DNA from: Abditibacterium sp.
GTDB lineage: Bacteria > Armatimonadota > Abditibacteriia > Abditibacteriales > Abditibacteriaceae
NCBI GenBank assembly: GCA_965199495.1
Contig: CBDASK010000003.1
Span: 2,816,001 to 2,880,000 of the forward strand
Length of the DNA stretch: 64,000 nucleotides
Reading direction: 5' to 3'
This document shows, piece by piece, positions 11,301-20,415 of this stretch. The position numbers and the translations under genes are program-made. Below the pieces are notes generated by a model. The model did not search any database. It was not told the origin of the DNA and saw nothing but the letters and a program-made list of their open reading frames with translations. Numbering within the stretch: the stretch's first letter is position 1; every line of letters begins with the position of its first letter.

Positions 11301-11889
11301 GCACGCGCGCCGTATCGAACGAGGCGCCGTGCGCGTTGGAAAGCAACGGGCAAATGGCGACGTGGCTGCGTTGCGCGATCTGAATGACGGCGCGGTTACC
11401 GGGGTTTTGCTCGAAATTAAAATCGGTCAAATCCAAGCCGTCGCTGCTGTCGTTGAGACCCAGCCACGTCGGGATGACGTGCGTCAAATGCGCCGATTGC
11501 GCGCGCAGCGAAGCCAAACCAGTGGATTGCCACGGCGCATAAAACGCCGCCACAATCGGCGCGTTGGAGCCGGATTGCACGATGGACGGCACGGGCGCCA
11601 GCGCATTGGCCGCGCGTTTTTCGCGGCTGACTTCGCGCAAAAGCGCGTCGTGCCCGCGCTCGAAGCTCAGGCGTTGGCGCGCATCGTTGCGCGAGGGCAA
11701 TTCGGGCAGCAGTTTCGCCACGCGCGCGCCCAGGCTCTCTGTGGACGCGCCGAGGAACGGAATCGCCAACAGCGACAGAATAAACAGCGTCATGGCGACG
11801 GTAAAGACCGTCGCCACAACCAAGCCCAAACGTTTGACCCAGACGCGCCGCGCGCCCGACTCATCGAAAAATACCGGTTGTGAACTCAT
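8374..11889 (-). CDS. Fused GH18-like domain, polysaccharide deacetylase (CE4) and GT2 glycosyltransferase
   Basis: GLNLDFE and LMAYDQH (GH18-like); LTFDDGPD, GNHTFTH, FRPPY and LLHDAGG (NodB/CE4); VVDDGS, FDADT, LAEDMD and KQRFRW (processive GT2). Confidence 0.92.
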   Translation of the reverse strand: MSSQPVFFDESGARRVWVKRLGLVVATVFTVAMTLFILSLLAIPFLGASTESLGARVAKLLPELPSRNDARQRLSFERGHDALLREVSREKRAANALAPVPSIVQSGSNAPIVAAFYAPWQSTGLASLRAQSAHLTHVIPTWLGLNDSSDGLDLTDFNFEQNPGNRAVIQIAQRSHVAICPLLSNAHGASFDTARVHQLLASPAAQTKLIGALKQWLTQNKFQGLNLDFESLVPADQPKLIAFMGALSQNLHASGLSFSTDLEAGLSDAQMKQMAAPCDFAVLMAYDQHAEVDAPGPIASFDWGAALVRRASAVVEPQKLVLGVGNYAYDWTRNSKSQADSLTYEEALFKAQDDAGKDETPQQAVDFDPQSLNATYEYQDENGHDHEVWMLDAASAYNQWQLAKRAHLRGDALWYLGAEDPSLWSFFRRDETGFSIRDLDSVKFPYEVSFTGQGEILTVAQQAQTGQRQLELDSTTKLVTDEEYQKFPSPIVIKRSGFSKNELALTFDDGPDPQWTPQILDILKRNNVKASFFLVGDNVEKYPNLVRRIYDEGHDLGNHTFTHPNIALVSPRRAKLEINATQSAIEGITGHSTRMFRPPYNADAEPETAEQVEPVTEAARLGYITIGEFIDPQDWNPINVAPDGSQSPRTPQEMIRDILKDADNLKLKDTNSVKGNIILLHDAGGDRARTLEILKTIIPELKQRGFKFVPVSQLAGGRAAMMPVVSANELDSVRFERTMFDLLFGAQWLLVAGFIAAIALGIARVAFILPLAAIERKREKQLVFDANYLPLVSVIIAGYNEEKTIESTIRSVLGSDYANFEIIVVDDGSKDNTSHVVETAFGDEPRVRLMRQQNGGKAAALNYALTVAKGEITVGFDADTQVAPDAIGLLVRHFTDPKVGAVAGNVKVGNRLNVLTRWQAIEYITSQNLDRRAYGLVNAITVVPGAIGAWRRDAVRSVGGYITDTLAEDMDLTWRLRRDGWILRNETRALAFTEAPDSMSALSKQRFRWAYGTLQCLHKHRRAMGRHGFFGRLALPTIAVFQFVLQVLAPLVDIQLVFAAIATIASWYLNGSGHGQWAPDPQTAFFLEKVGFFYAVFFAVELAGAYVAIRMDKEDKSLLWWLFWQRFVYRQMLYVVIWKSLWTAIAGHRAGWNKLARRGTVAIPVGKAKSV

Positions 11890-12010
11890 AAAAATAAACC
11901 TTGGGGAATCGTTCATTTTTACGCTTGATATTCGCTCGCGCGCGTGAGAAGTTGCTTAACCAAAGCGCGCGTTTTAACAATAGTTTGCAGGATGCGTTTT
12001 TCGATGAAAT

Positions 12011-13015
12011 TCACGCCAGCAATTGCTCGATTTGCGGCGGCGTGGCTTTGTTGTGGAGCCATTCGCGTAGCGCGAGTTTGGCTTCGAGTTGCTCGTGCGC
12101 AGTTGGCGCTTGCCGAACTGATGCTTGGCCCAAAGTCCTCATATCGTCTTCAATGCAGGAGTGATACTGGAGCAAATTTGGCTGGGCCTGTGGCATGAAG
12201 TGGGCGCGGAATACCGAATCCCACAATTCCAAAAGTTTGAGTTCAGCCTCCAAACTCTTTGTAGGAGCATTGCCATAAATTCTGCCTTGAATTGGAATGA
12301 TGCAAATCCTCCAGTGCCATCTTGGGGCGTGTCGCCAGAGCAGACCGGAACTGAGCAGAACCTTGCGCATAAGATGCGTCAATTCGTCCATATTTCCGTT
12401 GTATCCGGTGAGCATCTGGATTTTTGCATTTCGTGAAAGTGAGGCCCATTGCCAGGCAAATCGTGCATCACTGTCTCGGTCTTTCCAACAGTTGAGTAGT
12501 TGCCCTTTCATTTCGCTCTGTGGAGGTGAGAATTCGGCGGGACGACTGCTGATTTTGAATTGAAGAAAGTCGTTCCGATTCGTTGTTGGACACCATGAAA
12601 AGTAGGGATGTTTGTGCACCGCCACACGAGGAGAATCGGGTAGTTCCGGAAGATAAACAACTGAAATTGGAACTATTTTGACTCCCCACCTGTTTTGGCG
12701 AAAAGCGCGCTCAATTAGTGATCTCATCTGACTGCTCCCACGACTGGAGAAGCGCCATTTGCATGGTGGGCGCGGCCCACCATATTCAACATAGCGATGC
12801 AAAAGACGGCTTGGATTGCGGCGGCAGTAAAGCCCGACATGGGTCGTGAGAAACCATTCGCCCGCACTTTTATCGTTCTCGAAAGAGCAAATCAGCACGG
12901 CTTGGTCTGTTTCGGGCCACTGCTCTAAACGCGCGATAACCATTCGCTTTTGTCCACGCCATTGCACTTCGACGCGCAACGTTAAATCTTCAAAACCGGG
13001 ATAAATCTCGAACAT
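12011..13015 (-). CDS. Hypothetical protein
   Basis: 334-aa open frame, lower GC than neighbours; C-terminal PTAHEQLEAKLALREWL; no family recognised. Confidence 0.65.
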   Translation of the reverse strand: MFEIYPGFEDLTLRVEVQWRGQKRMVIARLEQWPETDQAVLICSFENDKSAGEWFLTTHVGLYCRRNPSRLLHRYVEYGGPRPPCKWRFSSRGSSQMRSLIERAFRQNRWGVKIVPISVVYLPELPDSPRVAVHKHPYFSWCPTTNRNDFLQFKISSRPAEFSPPQSEMKGQLLNCWKDRDSDARFAWQWASLSRNAKIQMLTGYNGNMDELTHLMRKVLLSSGLLWRHAPRWHWRICIIPIQGRIYGNAPTKSLEAELKLLELWDSVFRAHFMPQAQPNLLQYHSCIEDDMRTLGQASVRQAPTAHEQLEAKLALREWLHNKATPPQIEQLLA

Positions 13016-13065
13016 CCATCAAGTATTATCCGAAACCAAATCGGCGTTTGCTAAACTGCCCCGCC

Positions 13066-14583
13066 GTGTCCACGCTCCCCGTTACGCCCGCGCGCCAAGA
13101 GTTTCGCGCGCTTTGCGACCAAGGCAATCTTATTCCGGTTTCGCTCGAAATTTTAGCCGATCTGGAAACGCCGATTTCGGCGTTTCTCAAATTGCGTCAG
13201 GCGCGGCCTTACGATCCGGCGTGGCTGCTCGAATCGGTCGAGGGCGGCGAGAATATCGGTCGCTATTCGTTTCTGGGCGTCGGCGCGCGCGGCCAACTGC
13301 GGGTGCGCGGGCGCGAAGTCACGCTCGCTTTCGATGGGCAAAGCCGCACTTTTGAACTCGCGCCGGGCCGCGATCCACTTCACGTCGTCGAAGATGTGAT
13401 GGCGCAATTTCAGTTCGTAGATTTGCCACATTTGCCCAAGTTTTGCGGCGGCGCCGTCGGGTTTCTGGGTTGGGATTTGGTGCGATTCTTCGAGCGTTTG
13501 CCCGACGCGCCGCCCGACGACCGCGATTTGGACGATTGTCATCTGCTCTTCACCGACACTGTTTTGATATTTGATGCCGTGCGTCACACCTTCACCATTG
13601 TTTCGTGCGCGCTCATCGAAGACGACGCTGATGCCGCCTACGATGCAGCCACGGCGCGCATCGTAGCGACGTTGCAAACGCTCGTCAACGAAGAATTAAG
13701 TGCCTCGCTGATGCCGGTCTCGGAGCCGACCGAGCCGGAGCCGCAATCGAATTTTCCGTCGCGCGCGGCGTTTGAGGAAACCGTTCAAAAATGTATTGAT
13801 TACATTCACGCGGGCGATTGCGTGCAGGTCGTGCCGTCGCAGCGTTTCAGCGCGCCGTGCGAGGCGGAGCCGTTCGCGGTTTATCGGGCGCTACGCCATC
13901 TGAGTCCGGCGCCTTATATGGTGTTTTTGGATTTCGGCGACAAACAGTTGGTCGCCGCCTCGCCCGAAATTTTGGTGACCGAAGACGATGGCGATGTTTT
14001 GATTCGTCCGCTCGCCGGGACGCGCCGTCGCGGCGAAAGCGACGAGGAAGACGACGCTTTAGAAGCCGAATTGTTGGCCGACCCGAAAGAGCGCGCCGAA
14101 CATGTTATGTTAGTAGATTTGGCACGCAACGACTTGGGCCGCGTCTGCGAATATGGCAGCGTCGAGGTTGACAAATTGATGTATGTGCAGAAGTTCAGTC
14201 ACGTCATGCACATCGTCAGCGATGTCGTGGGCGTTTTGCGCGAAGACAAAAATTGCTACGACGTTTTGCGCGCCAGTTTTCCGGCGGGCACTTTGTCGGG
14301 CGCGCCCAAAGTGCGCGCGATGCAAATCATTGACGAAGTCGAGCCGACGCGACGCGGGCCGTATGGCGGCGCGATGGGTTATTTTTCGTTTAACGGCAAC
14401 ATGGATACGTGTATTACGTTGCGCACAATTGTGATCAAAGACGGCGTGGCTTATGTGCAGGCGGGCGGCGGCGTCGTCGCCGATTCGGTTCCGGCGCTCG
14501 AATACGAAGAGACCCGCAACAAAGCGCGCGCGGCCTTGCGCGCGCTGGCGTTGGCGGGATTGCATAATAAATCAGGCGAATAA
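13066..14583 (+). CDS. trpE: Anthranilate synthase component I
   Basis: LLESVEGGE..RYSF, SPAPY, ASPEIL, PLAGTR, KERAEHVMLVDLARND and PAGTLSGAPK; probable GTG start at 13066. Confidence 0.95.
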   Translation: MSTLPVTPARQEFRALCDQGNLIPVSLEILADLETPISAFLKLRQARPYDPAWLLESVEGGENIGRYSFLGVGARGQLRVRGREVTLAFDGQSRTFELAPGRDPLHVVEDVMAQFQFVDLPHLPKFCGGAVGFLGWDLVRFFERLPDAPPDDRDLDDCHLLFTDTVLIFDAVRHTFTIVSCALIEDDADAAYDAATARIVATLQTLVNEELSASLMPVSEPTEPEPQSNFPSRAAFEETVQKCIDYIHAGDCVQVVPSQRFSAPCEAEPFAVYRALRHLSPAPYMVFLDFGDKQLVAASPEILVTEDDGDVLIRPLAGTRRRGESDEEDDALEAELLADPKERAEHVMLVDLARNDLGRVCEYGSVEVDKLMYVQKFSHVMHIVSDVVGVLREDKNCYDVLRASFPAGTLSGAPKVRAMQIIDEVEPTRRGPYGGAMGYFSFNGNMDTCITLRTIVIKDGVAYVQAGGGVVADSVPALEYEETRNKARAALRALALAGLHNKSGE

Positions 14584-14603
14584 TTTTTATGTATCCTTGA
14601 ATC

Positions 14604-15218
14604 ATGCAACAACGAAACGAGCGACTTTCTGACGCGCAGTGGGAGCAGTTTCTGCGCGACAACACCGAAAATAATTATGAATTATGGGACGGTCACGTCT
14701 ATGCAATGGCGTCGGGCGGCTACTTACATTCGCGTTTGTTAGCGCATTTGGGTGGTTTGTTGGAGTTCGGCCTGGAGGACAAACCTTGTACGCCAACGGG
14801 CAGCGAATTTTATATCAAAATCGAAAGCACTGGCGACTGGCTGATTCCCGACAACGCGATTCATTGCCAAGACGCGCGCTGGGGCGGCGAACCGCGCCGC
14901 TTTTTGCTCAATCCCATCGTGGTTTTTGAGGTGTTGTCGCCTTCGACCGAACTCAAAGATCGCGGCGCCAAATTCGAGTTGTATAGCTCCATTGCGAGTT
15001 TGCAAGAATATGTGCTGATTTCGGCCCAACGCGTAGGCGTCGAACAATTCACGCGGCAGACCGACGACAGTTGGCTTTTGCGCCGTCACACTTCGCTCGA
15101 TTCCGTTGTTGATTTGCCATCGGTGGATTTTCGCCTGTCGTTGGCCGATCTCTATCGCGGTTTAGGCATTCCCGTGCAACTCACACTCGTGGCGCCGCCG
15201 CCAGAAATCATTTTATAA
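14604..15218 (+). CDS. Uma2-family (PD-(D/E)XK) endonuclease-like protein
   Basis: YELWDGHVYAMAS, PD, FEVLSPST..DRGAKF..Y and SLQEYVLI. Confidence 0.92.
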   Translation: MQQRNERLSDAQWEQFLRDNTENNYELWDGHVYAMASGGYLHSRLLAHLGGLLEFGLEDKPCTPTGSEFYIKIESTGDWLIPDNAIHCQDARWGGEPRRFLLNPIVVFEVLSPSTELKDRGAKFELYSSIASLQEYVLISAQRVGVEQFTRQTDDSWLLRRHTSLDSVVDLPSVDFRLSLADLYRGLGIPVQLTLVAPPPEIIL

Positions 15219-15220
15219 AT

Positions 15221-15742
15221 ATGAGCACAAATCAAAATCTCGAACTCCTTCTCGACCAGGCCAACAGCAGTCCGTCTCCGCGCGCGACCAATTTGTCCGA
15301 AGCGACGATTTGGTGCGATGGCGCCTGTTCCGGCAATCCGGGGCCGGGCGGCTGGGGCACGATTGTCGAGCAAAACGGCGCGCGCCGCGAACTTTCGGGC
15401 GGCCTGGGCAAAACGACCAATAATCAAATGGAATTGCAGGGCATGATCGAAGGCTTGAAAGTTCTGTCGCCCGGCACGCGCGTCAAAATTGTCACCGATT
15501 CGGAATACGTCTGCAAAGGTGCCACGACTTGGATTAAAGGCTGGATTCGCAACGGCTGGAAAACCGCGTCGAAACAGCCAGTCAAAAACAAAGAATTATG
15601 GCAGGAACTACACGAATTGTTGCAACATCGCCCGCATAAAATCGAGTGGGTCAAGGGCCACGCCGGGCATTTGGAAAACGAACGCTGCGACGTGCTGGCG
15701 CGCGCGGCGATTGACGATATTCGCGATTCGTTGAACGGTTAA
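15221..15742 (+). CDS. rnhA: Ribonuclease HI
   Basis: DGACSGNPGPGGWG, TTNNQMEL, TDSEY and WVKGHAGH..NERCD. Confidence 0.96.
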   Translation: MSTNQNLELLLDQANSSPSPRATNLSEATIWCDGACSGNPGPGGWGTIVEQNGARRELSGGLGKTTNNQMELQGMIEGLKVLSPGTRVKIVTDSEYVCKGATTWIKGWIRNGWKTASKQPVKNKELWQELHELLQHRPHKIEWVKGHAGHLENERCDVLARAAIDDIRDSLNG

Positions 15743-15783
15743 AAATGATGCTCAAACAATCGCGCACGCTCTAGATTTCGACC

Positions 15784-16014
15784 ATGCTCGCGTTACTCGC
15801 GATTGGTTGCGGGATCGCCGGTTTGGAGATGCCGATTGCCAGACCAAACGCGGTGAGTGCGCGCGATTGGGCCAATTGGTGGGCGACGATTTCGTGGATT
15901 CTCATCGTCGGCGGCGGTTTGACTTTGTTTGGAATTGGCTTTGCCGGGTTGATTCGCGCGTTGGATAAAGTGGAGCGCAATTTTCTCGATGGCAATTCCA
16001 AACGCAAAGATTAA
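15784..16014 (+). CDS. Small two-TM membrane protein, possibly N-truncated by an in-frame stop
   Basis: Two hydrophobic segments; an upstream in-frame ATG at 15745 is separated from this ORF by a TAG at 15772-15774. Confidence 0.45.
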   Translation: MLALLAIGCGIAGLEMPIARPNAVSARDWANWWATISWILIVGGGLTLFGIGFAGLIRALDKVERNFLDGNSKRKD

Positions 16015-16037
16015 TTCGCAAAGCGGATTCTGCGTTT

Positions 16038-17426
16038 TTAATCGGTGACTTCGATTAAACACAAATCGTGAAAACGCGCGGCGCCGACGCTGGTGCTGGC
16101 TATGCCGCCCAGACGCGCACAGATTTCGATTTCGGTGTTTTCGCCGGAATAAAATCCGGTGGCCACATAGCGCCAATTTTGGTCGCCCACTATCGCTGGA
16201 GTGCGTTCGGCGCCGTTGACTGTGCCAATCGAAGCGCCAAATTGACCGTTTGGCTCCACGATCTGCACGCCTTGCGTGGCGATCCAGCCGGTCAGCAGAT
16301 AGTTCGCGCGCTTTTTGATTGGGACTTTTTGCACCAACTTCACATCGTCGGGCTGAGTCGTGGCGATTTGAAGCGTGACTGCGCCGCGCTCTGGCGTATC
16401 GGGCAGGAGCGAGGCGGCGCTTTTGTTGTTCTTCCACGACTGAATTTCCCACGCGCCGTCGTCGCCGTTGCGGAAATCGCCGTTGCGCAGCAGATTGCGC
16501 GCGCGACGCTCCGGCGTCAGATATTCCGGCGAAGTGCGAATCTCGTCGTTGGCGATTTTCGCGGCGCTGGCTGCTGGCCCCGGCGCGCGCGGCCCGGCGG
16601 CGGGTTTGAGCGCGGCGTCCGCGCGCATCGTGCCATATTTCCACGCGGCCTCGCCCAGACCAACATTCTTGCCATCTTCGCGAATTTCGCCGTTGAGCAA
16701 ATCGCCATACCAATCTTTCCAGTTGCGTTCGTTGAGAACATAGCCGTGTTCCTCGCCGCTATGCAAACCACCTTTCTCTAAATTTACGCCCTCGCGCCCA
16801 CCGTAAAAGCCTTCGAGCAAGTGCAGCCACTCGTGAATAAAACATTCGGTCGAACCCGAATCGTGCGTCCAGGCCGAGGGCACATCGTATTGCACCGAAG
16901 CGAAACCGGCATAATTCGCCGAGGGAAACGTGCCCGACGCCCAACCGTAAGGGCCGGGCAAACGATAATTGGTTTCGTCATCCCATGATTTCCAATAAAC
17001 GAAAATCGCGTCGTATTTGCCCTGGGGCGCATAAGCGTCAATGTCCTCGCCGATGTCTTCGGGCGCTATTCCAACTCCGTCGTCCCACGTATGAATCGTG
17101 CGGAGCGGCACGTCGGAAACTCGGACATCGGCTTGCCATTGAATGCGCCCGCGCGTGATGCGATTGATCCAGTAGGGCACATCGGTTTGAAAACTGCGCG
17201 TGATGACGGCGATATCTTCGGGCGTCATTTGGTATTGCACTTTGAGATGGCGCTCCGAATGAATATCGCCAACCGGTTTAATCACCAATAAAGTACGAAA
17301 AACCAGCGGCTTTTGAGTGGATTCTGGTTGCGCGTGGCTGCATCGCGCCGTCGCAGACAAGGCACAAAATAAGAAGATTAGAACCGTGAAAACGCGCTGA
17401 AAAGAAAACTGAAAACGGCGATTCAT
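16038..17426 (-). CDS. Secreted putative zinc metallopeptidase with C-terminal CBM4/9-like domain
   Basis: Signal peptide; FIHEWLH (HExxH); NLLRNGDF..W and YLLTGWIAT typical of a beta-sandwich carbohydrate-binding module. Confidence 0.7.
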   Translation of the reverse strand: MNRRFQFSFQRVFTVLIFLFCALSATARCSHAQPESTQKPLVFRTLLVIKPVGDIHSERHLKVQYQMTPEDIAVITRSFQTDVPYWINRITRGRIQWQADVRVSDVPLRTIHTWDDGVGIAPEDIGEDIDAYAPQGKYDAIFVYWKSWDDETNYRLPGPYGWASGTFPSANYAGFASVQYDVPSAWTHDSGSTECFIHEWLHLLEGFYGGREGVNLEKGGLHSGEEHGYVLNERNWKDWYGDLLNGEIREDGKNVGLGEAAWKYGTMRADAALKPAAGPRAPGPAASAAKIANDEIRTSPEYLTPERRARNLLRNGDFRNGDDGAWEIQSWKNNKSAASLLPDTPERGAVTLQIATTQPDDVKLVQKVPIKKRANYLLTGWIATQGVQIVEPNGQFGASIGTVNGAERTPAIVGDQNWRYVATGFYSGENTEIEICARLGGIASTSVGAARFHDLCLIEVTD

Positions 17427-17531
17427 ATTTTAAATTTAAAACGGCTCTTGTTACGAGCGAAAAACTAAAAGGCTCCCTCGCCGATTGATTAAACAAGCGC
17501 ACGAGAAAATCAGGGGGACTTTTCCAAAGAG

Positions 17532-18146
17532 TTACAATCCCATTTTGCTCGCCACGTCCTTGCGTAACGCGAAGCAAATCGCGATGGCCAGCGCATCGGC
17601 CAAATCGGGCGGGTGCAGCGTGGCTTTGAGATGCAAACGCGCTTTGACGGCGGCTTGCACGTTGGTCTTGGTGGCGTGGCCGTTGCCGGTGACGACCTGT
17701 TTCACTTCGTTGGGCGTGAACGAATGCACCTGCAAATCGGCTTCTGCCGCCGCCAGCATCAAAACGCCGCGCGCGTGCGCCATCAACAGCGCGCTGCGCG
17801 GATGGGCGTAGGTCGAGAACAAATCTTCGATGACGACGATATCGGGGCGCACGTCGCGCAGCACTTCGGCTAAACCGTCGTGCAAATCTTGCAAACGTTT
17901 GGGAAATGGATCATCGGCTTTGGCCCGCAAAATTCCGCCTTCGACCAGACATAATGCGTTGGTTTGGCATTCGATAATGCCGTAGCCGGTGCGATGCAAA
18001 CCCGGATCAATGCCCAAAATCCGCTGGGCTTGCGGCAATCCCGCCAACTTCTGTGCGCGACGCTGGGCACTCGCGCCCGCCGAGTTGGCGCGCGGCGCGG
18101 GAGTGAAAGCCCTCGTGCGAATGTTCATGGGGAAAGCTGGAAGCAT
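17532..18146 (-). CDS. ruvC: Holliday junction resolvase RuvC
   Basis: ILGIDPG..TGYG, VIEDLF, ARGV, GNGHATK and DLADALAIAIC; exact start uncertain. Confidence 0.95.
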   Translation of the reverse strand: MLPAFPMNIRTRAFTPAPRANSAGASAQRRAQKLAGLPQAQRILGIDPGLHRTGYGIIECQTNALCLVEGGILRAKADDPFPKRLQDLHDGLAEVLRDVRPDIVVIEDLFSTYAHPRSALLMAHARGVLMLAAAEADLQVHSFTPNEVKQVVTGNGHATKTNVQAAVKARLHLKATLHPPDLADALAIAICFALRKDVASKMGL

Positions 18147-18147
18147 T

Positions 18148-18234
18148 AACAGAACCTGGAGCGGAAGCGACGCGGCTAATTTGCACAGGAAAAAGCTATA
18201 AATTAGCCGCGTCGCTTCCGCTCCGGGTTCTGTT
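18148..18234. repeat. REP-like inverted-repeat doublet, 35-bp arms with 1 mismatch, 17-bp spacer
   Basis: AACAGAACCTGGAGCGGAAGCGACGCGGCTAATTT at 18148-18182 and its complement at 18200-18234. Confidence 0.9.
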
Positions 18235-18235
18235 T

Positions 18236-19540
18236 TTATTGTCTCGGTTCGTCGCCGACAGTGACTTCGATTGTTTTCTTGTCTTTGCCACCGCGCAAAA
18301 CGTCGAGTTTGAGTTTATCGCCGACTTTGCCTTTTTTAATTTCGTCAACCACGGCTTTATCGGATTTGGTCGCGACGCCGTTGACGCCGCGAATGACATC
18401 GTTTTCCTTGAGGCCCGATTTGGCGGCGGGCGAGTTGGGTTCGATGCCGCCAACGAAACCGCCGTTGGTATCGGGCAAACCCAAATCGGCTTTCAAATCG
18501 GGGAAAATGGGCCGAATCGAAACGCCGATATACGGATGCGCGACTTTGCCGTTTTTGATGATTTCGTCGGCTTTTTGCATCGCCTTGGAAATCGGAATCG
18601 TGAAGCCCAAACCCTGACCAAACGGAATAATCGCCGTGTTGATGCCGATGACTTCGCCGCGCGCGTTGCACAATGGCCCGCCCGAATTGCCGGGGTTAAT
18701 CGGCGTGTCGGTCTGCATCATGCCGGTGAGTTCAAACGAATCGCGGCCTGCTTCGGGCGGGACGGGCAGGGTGCGCCCGACCGCCGACAACACGCCGACC
18801 GTCACGGTATTTTCTTGGCCGAACGGGTTGCCGATGGCGATTGTCCACTGGCCGATGTCGAGTTCTTTGGGGTCTTTGAATGGGGCGATTTTGACTTGCG
18901 GCAACGTTTTATCGTCTACAATCACCACGGCGATGTCGGATTCGCGGTCGTAGCCGCGCACTTTGCCGCTGATTTTGCGGCCATCGGGCGTGGTGACCTG
19001 TACCTTCTTGGCACCAGCCACGACGTGCGCATTGGTCAGCATATAACCGCGTTTGGAGTCAATGATAAACCCGGTGCCCTTGCCCTGCGCGCCTTCGGGC
19101 GGGCCGCTATTTTCGCTGCCGGGCGGCGGCAAAAACGTGTCATCTTTTTTCTTTTTGGGCGCTGCGCCAAAAGTCGTATCCACGTTCATTACCGAAGGGC
19201 CAAGCTCTTTGACGGCGACGACGAGCGGCCCTTCTTCGGGATTAATCACCGTTCCCGCACCCGCACCGACACCCGTCGGCAAAACGCTAGTTGCGCCCGC
19301 CGAATTGCGCCCACGCCCAATCGCGATGCCGCCGCCGATCATCGCGCACGAGAGCAACGCGCCCACCAACATCGCCATCAATGGATTGGTCGCGCTCCCA
19401 GCGCGCGTCGGTTCGGGCGCGATGGTTTCGACGTGTTGAATTGGCGCGCCGGGCAAATACGCGGGCGTTTCAGTTAGCGACTCGCTCGACGTGGCTGCAT
19501 CGTCGAAGGGCGGCGGGTTGAAGGGAGAATTTTGAGACAT
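18236..19540 (-). CDS. HtrA/DegP-family serine protease with PDZ domain
   Basis: TM anchor; TNAHVV, SDIAV, IAIGNPFG and QTDTPINPGNSGGPL; C-terminal PDZ. Confidence 0.95.
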   Translation of the reverse strand: MSQNSPFNPPPFDDAATSSESLTETPAYLPGAPIQHVETIAPEPTRAGSATNPLMAMLVGALLSCAMIGGGIAIGRGRNSAGATSVLPTGVGAGAGTVINPEEGPLVVAVKELGPSVMNVDTTFGAAPKKKKDDTFLPPPGSENSGPPEGAQGKGTGFIIDSKRGYMLTNAHVVAGAKKVQVTTPDGRKISGKVRGYDRESDIAVVIVDDKTLPQVKIAPFKDPKELDIGQWTIAIGNPFGQENTVTVGVLSAVGRTLPVPPEAGRDSFELTGMMQTDTPINPGNSGGPLCNARGEVIGINTAIIPFGQGLGFTIPISKAMQKADEIIKNGKVAHPYIGVSIRPIFPDLKADLGLPDTNGGFVGGIEPNSPAAKSGLKENDVIRGVNGVATKSDKAVVDEIKKGKVGDKLKLDVLRGGKDKKTIEVTVGDEPRQ

Positions 19541-19613
19541 CAGCGGTTTTCTGTTGCTTTAAATTTTACTTTATTTGGGAATGGGGGTTATGGAGGAGGT
19601 TACGGAGGTATGG

Positions 19614-19758
19614 AGGCGAATAAATTCGCAGCCACAAATAAGTGTCGGCCTGCGCCGACATGTCACAACTGCGGCTGCAAAGAACCGTTCTTGAGTGTTA
19701 GAATCTTCTCGTGTCGGCGCAGGCCGACACTTATTTGTGGCTGCGAATTTATTCGCCT
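19614..19758. repeat. REP-like inverted-repeat doublet, perfect 47-bp arms, 51-bp spacer
   Basis: 19614-19660 (AGGCGAATAAATTCGCAGCCAC..GCCGACA) is the reverse complement of 19712-19758. Confidence 0.95.
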
Positions 19759-19784
19759 AAACGGAACTATTCGCATCAAAATGA

Positions 19785-19814
19785 AAAAGACCGCGACTTT
19801 CGCCACGGTCTTTT
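19785..19814 (-). terminator. Putative intrinsic terminator after the redoxin pair
   Basis: AAAAGACCG..CGGTCTTTT hairpin about 20 nt past the stop at 19834. Confidence 0.6.
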
Positions 19815-19833
19815 CCATTTCGTCCCAATTCGA

Positions 19834-20340
19834 TTACAAATACGGATTGAGAATGCTCTGCCACTGCGCTTGCGTGTGATCCGATTCGATCAGTTTCACC
19901 TGTTGGCCTTTGCGATTATAGATATAGGTGCGCGGGAAAGCCACGGCGCCTGTGGATTTTTTGTCGAAGCCTTGGAAAAAATCGCCGATGTCGCCTTTAA
20001 TGATGTAACTGCCCGCATGGCCTTTTTGCGCCAGCGTGCTGGAAACTTTGGCTTTATCTTCGACTTCGTCGCCCGAAACCAGCAGCAAAACCGCGCCTTT
20101 AGAAGCGTTGGCGCGCTTGAGTTTGGCGAGTTCGGGCAACTCTTTGACGCACGGCGCGCACCAGGTCGCCCAGAAGTTGACGATAACGACTTTGCCTTTA
20201 TTTTTGGCAATCGCCGCCTTCAAGCCCGCAGGCGTGACGACATTAACGGCGGGCGCGGCCTGCGCCGTTTGCGCGGCGCAGCTCAGGGCAAAGGCGCCCA
20301 GAAGCGCGCCGAAGAGGGAAATTTTACGAGAGATTTTCAT
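19834..20340 (-). CDS. TlpA/ResA-like thiol-disulfide oxidoreductase
   Basis: Signal peptide; VVIVNFWATWCAPCVKELP; FPRTYI. Confidence 0.93.
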   Translation of the reverse strand: MKISRKISLFGALLGAFALSCAAQTAQAAPAVNVVTPAGLKAAIAKNKGKVVIVNFWATWCAPCVKELPELAKLKRANASKGAVLLLVSGDEVEDKAKVSSTLAQKGHAGSYIIKGDIGDFFQGFDKKSTGAVAFPRTYIYNRKGQQVKLIESDHTQAQWQSILNPYL

Positions 20341-20415
20341 GTTTGAAATAGTTTGGACTGTCGGGAGCGCCACATGTTCAATGTCGCGGCTTATTGGTGC
20401 GAATATTGGTGAAAT

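Noticed and set aside
18239..19477. Long antisense ORFs (also 726-1673, 28520-29482, 42650-44032, 46454-47452, 54769-56580, 58062-59030)
   Set aside because: Shadow frames opposite well-supported genes, expected with GC-rich codon bias.
19580..19617. Cluster of GGAGG repeats
   Set aside because: Short and low-complexity, adjacent to a REP arm, with no credible downstream ORF.
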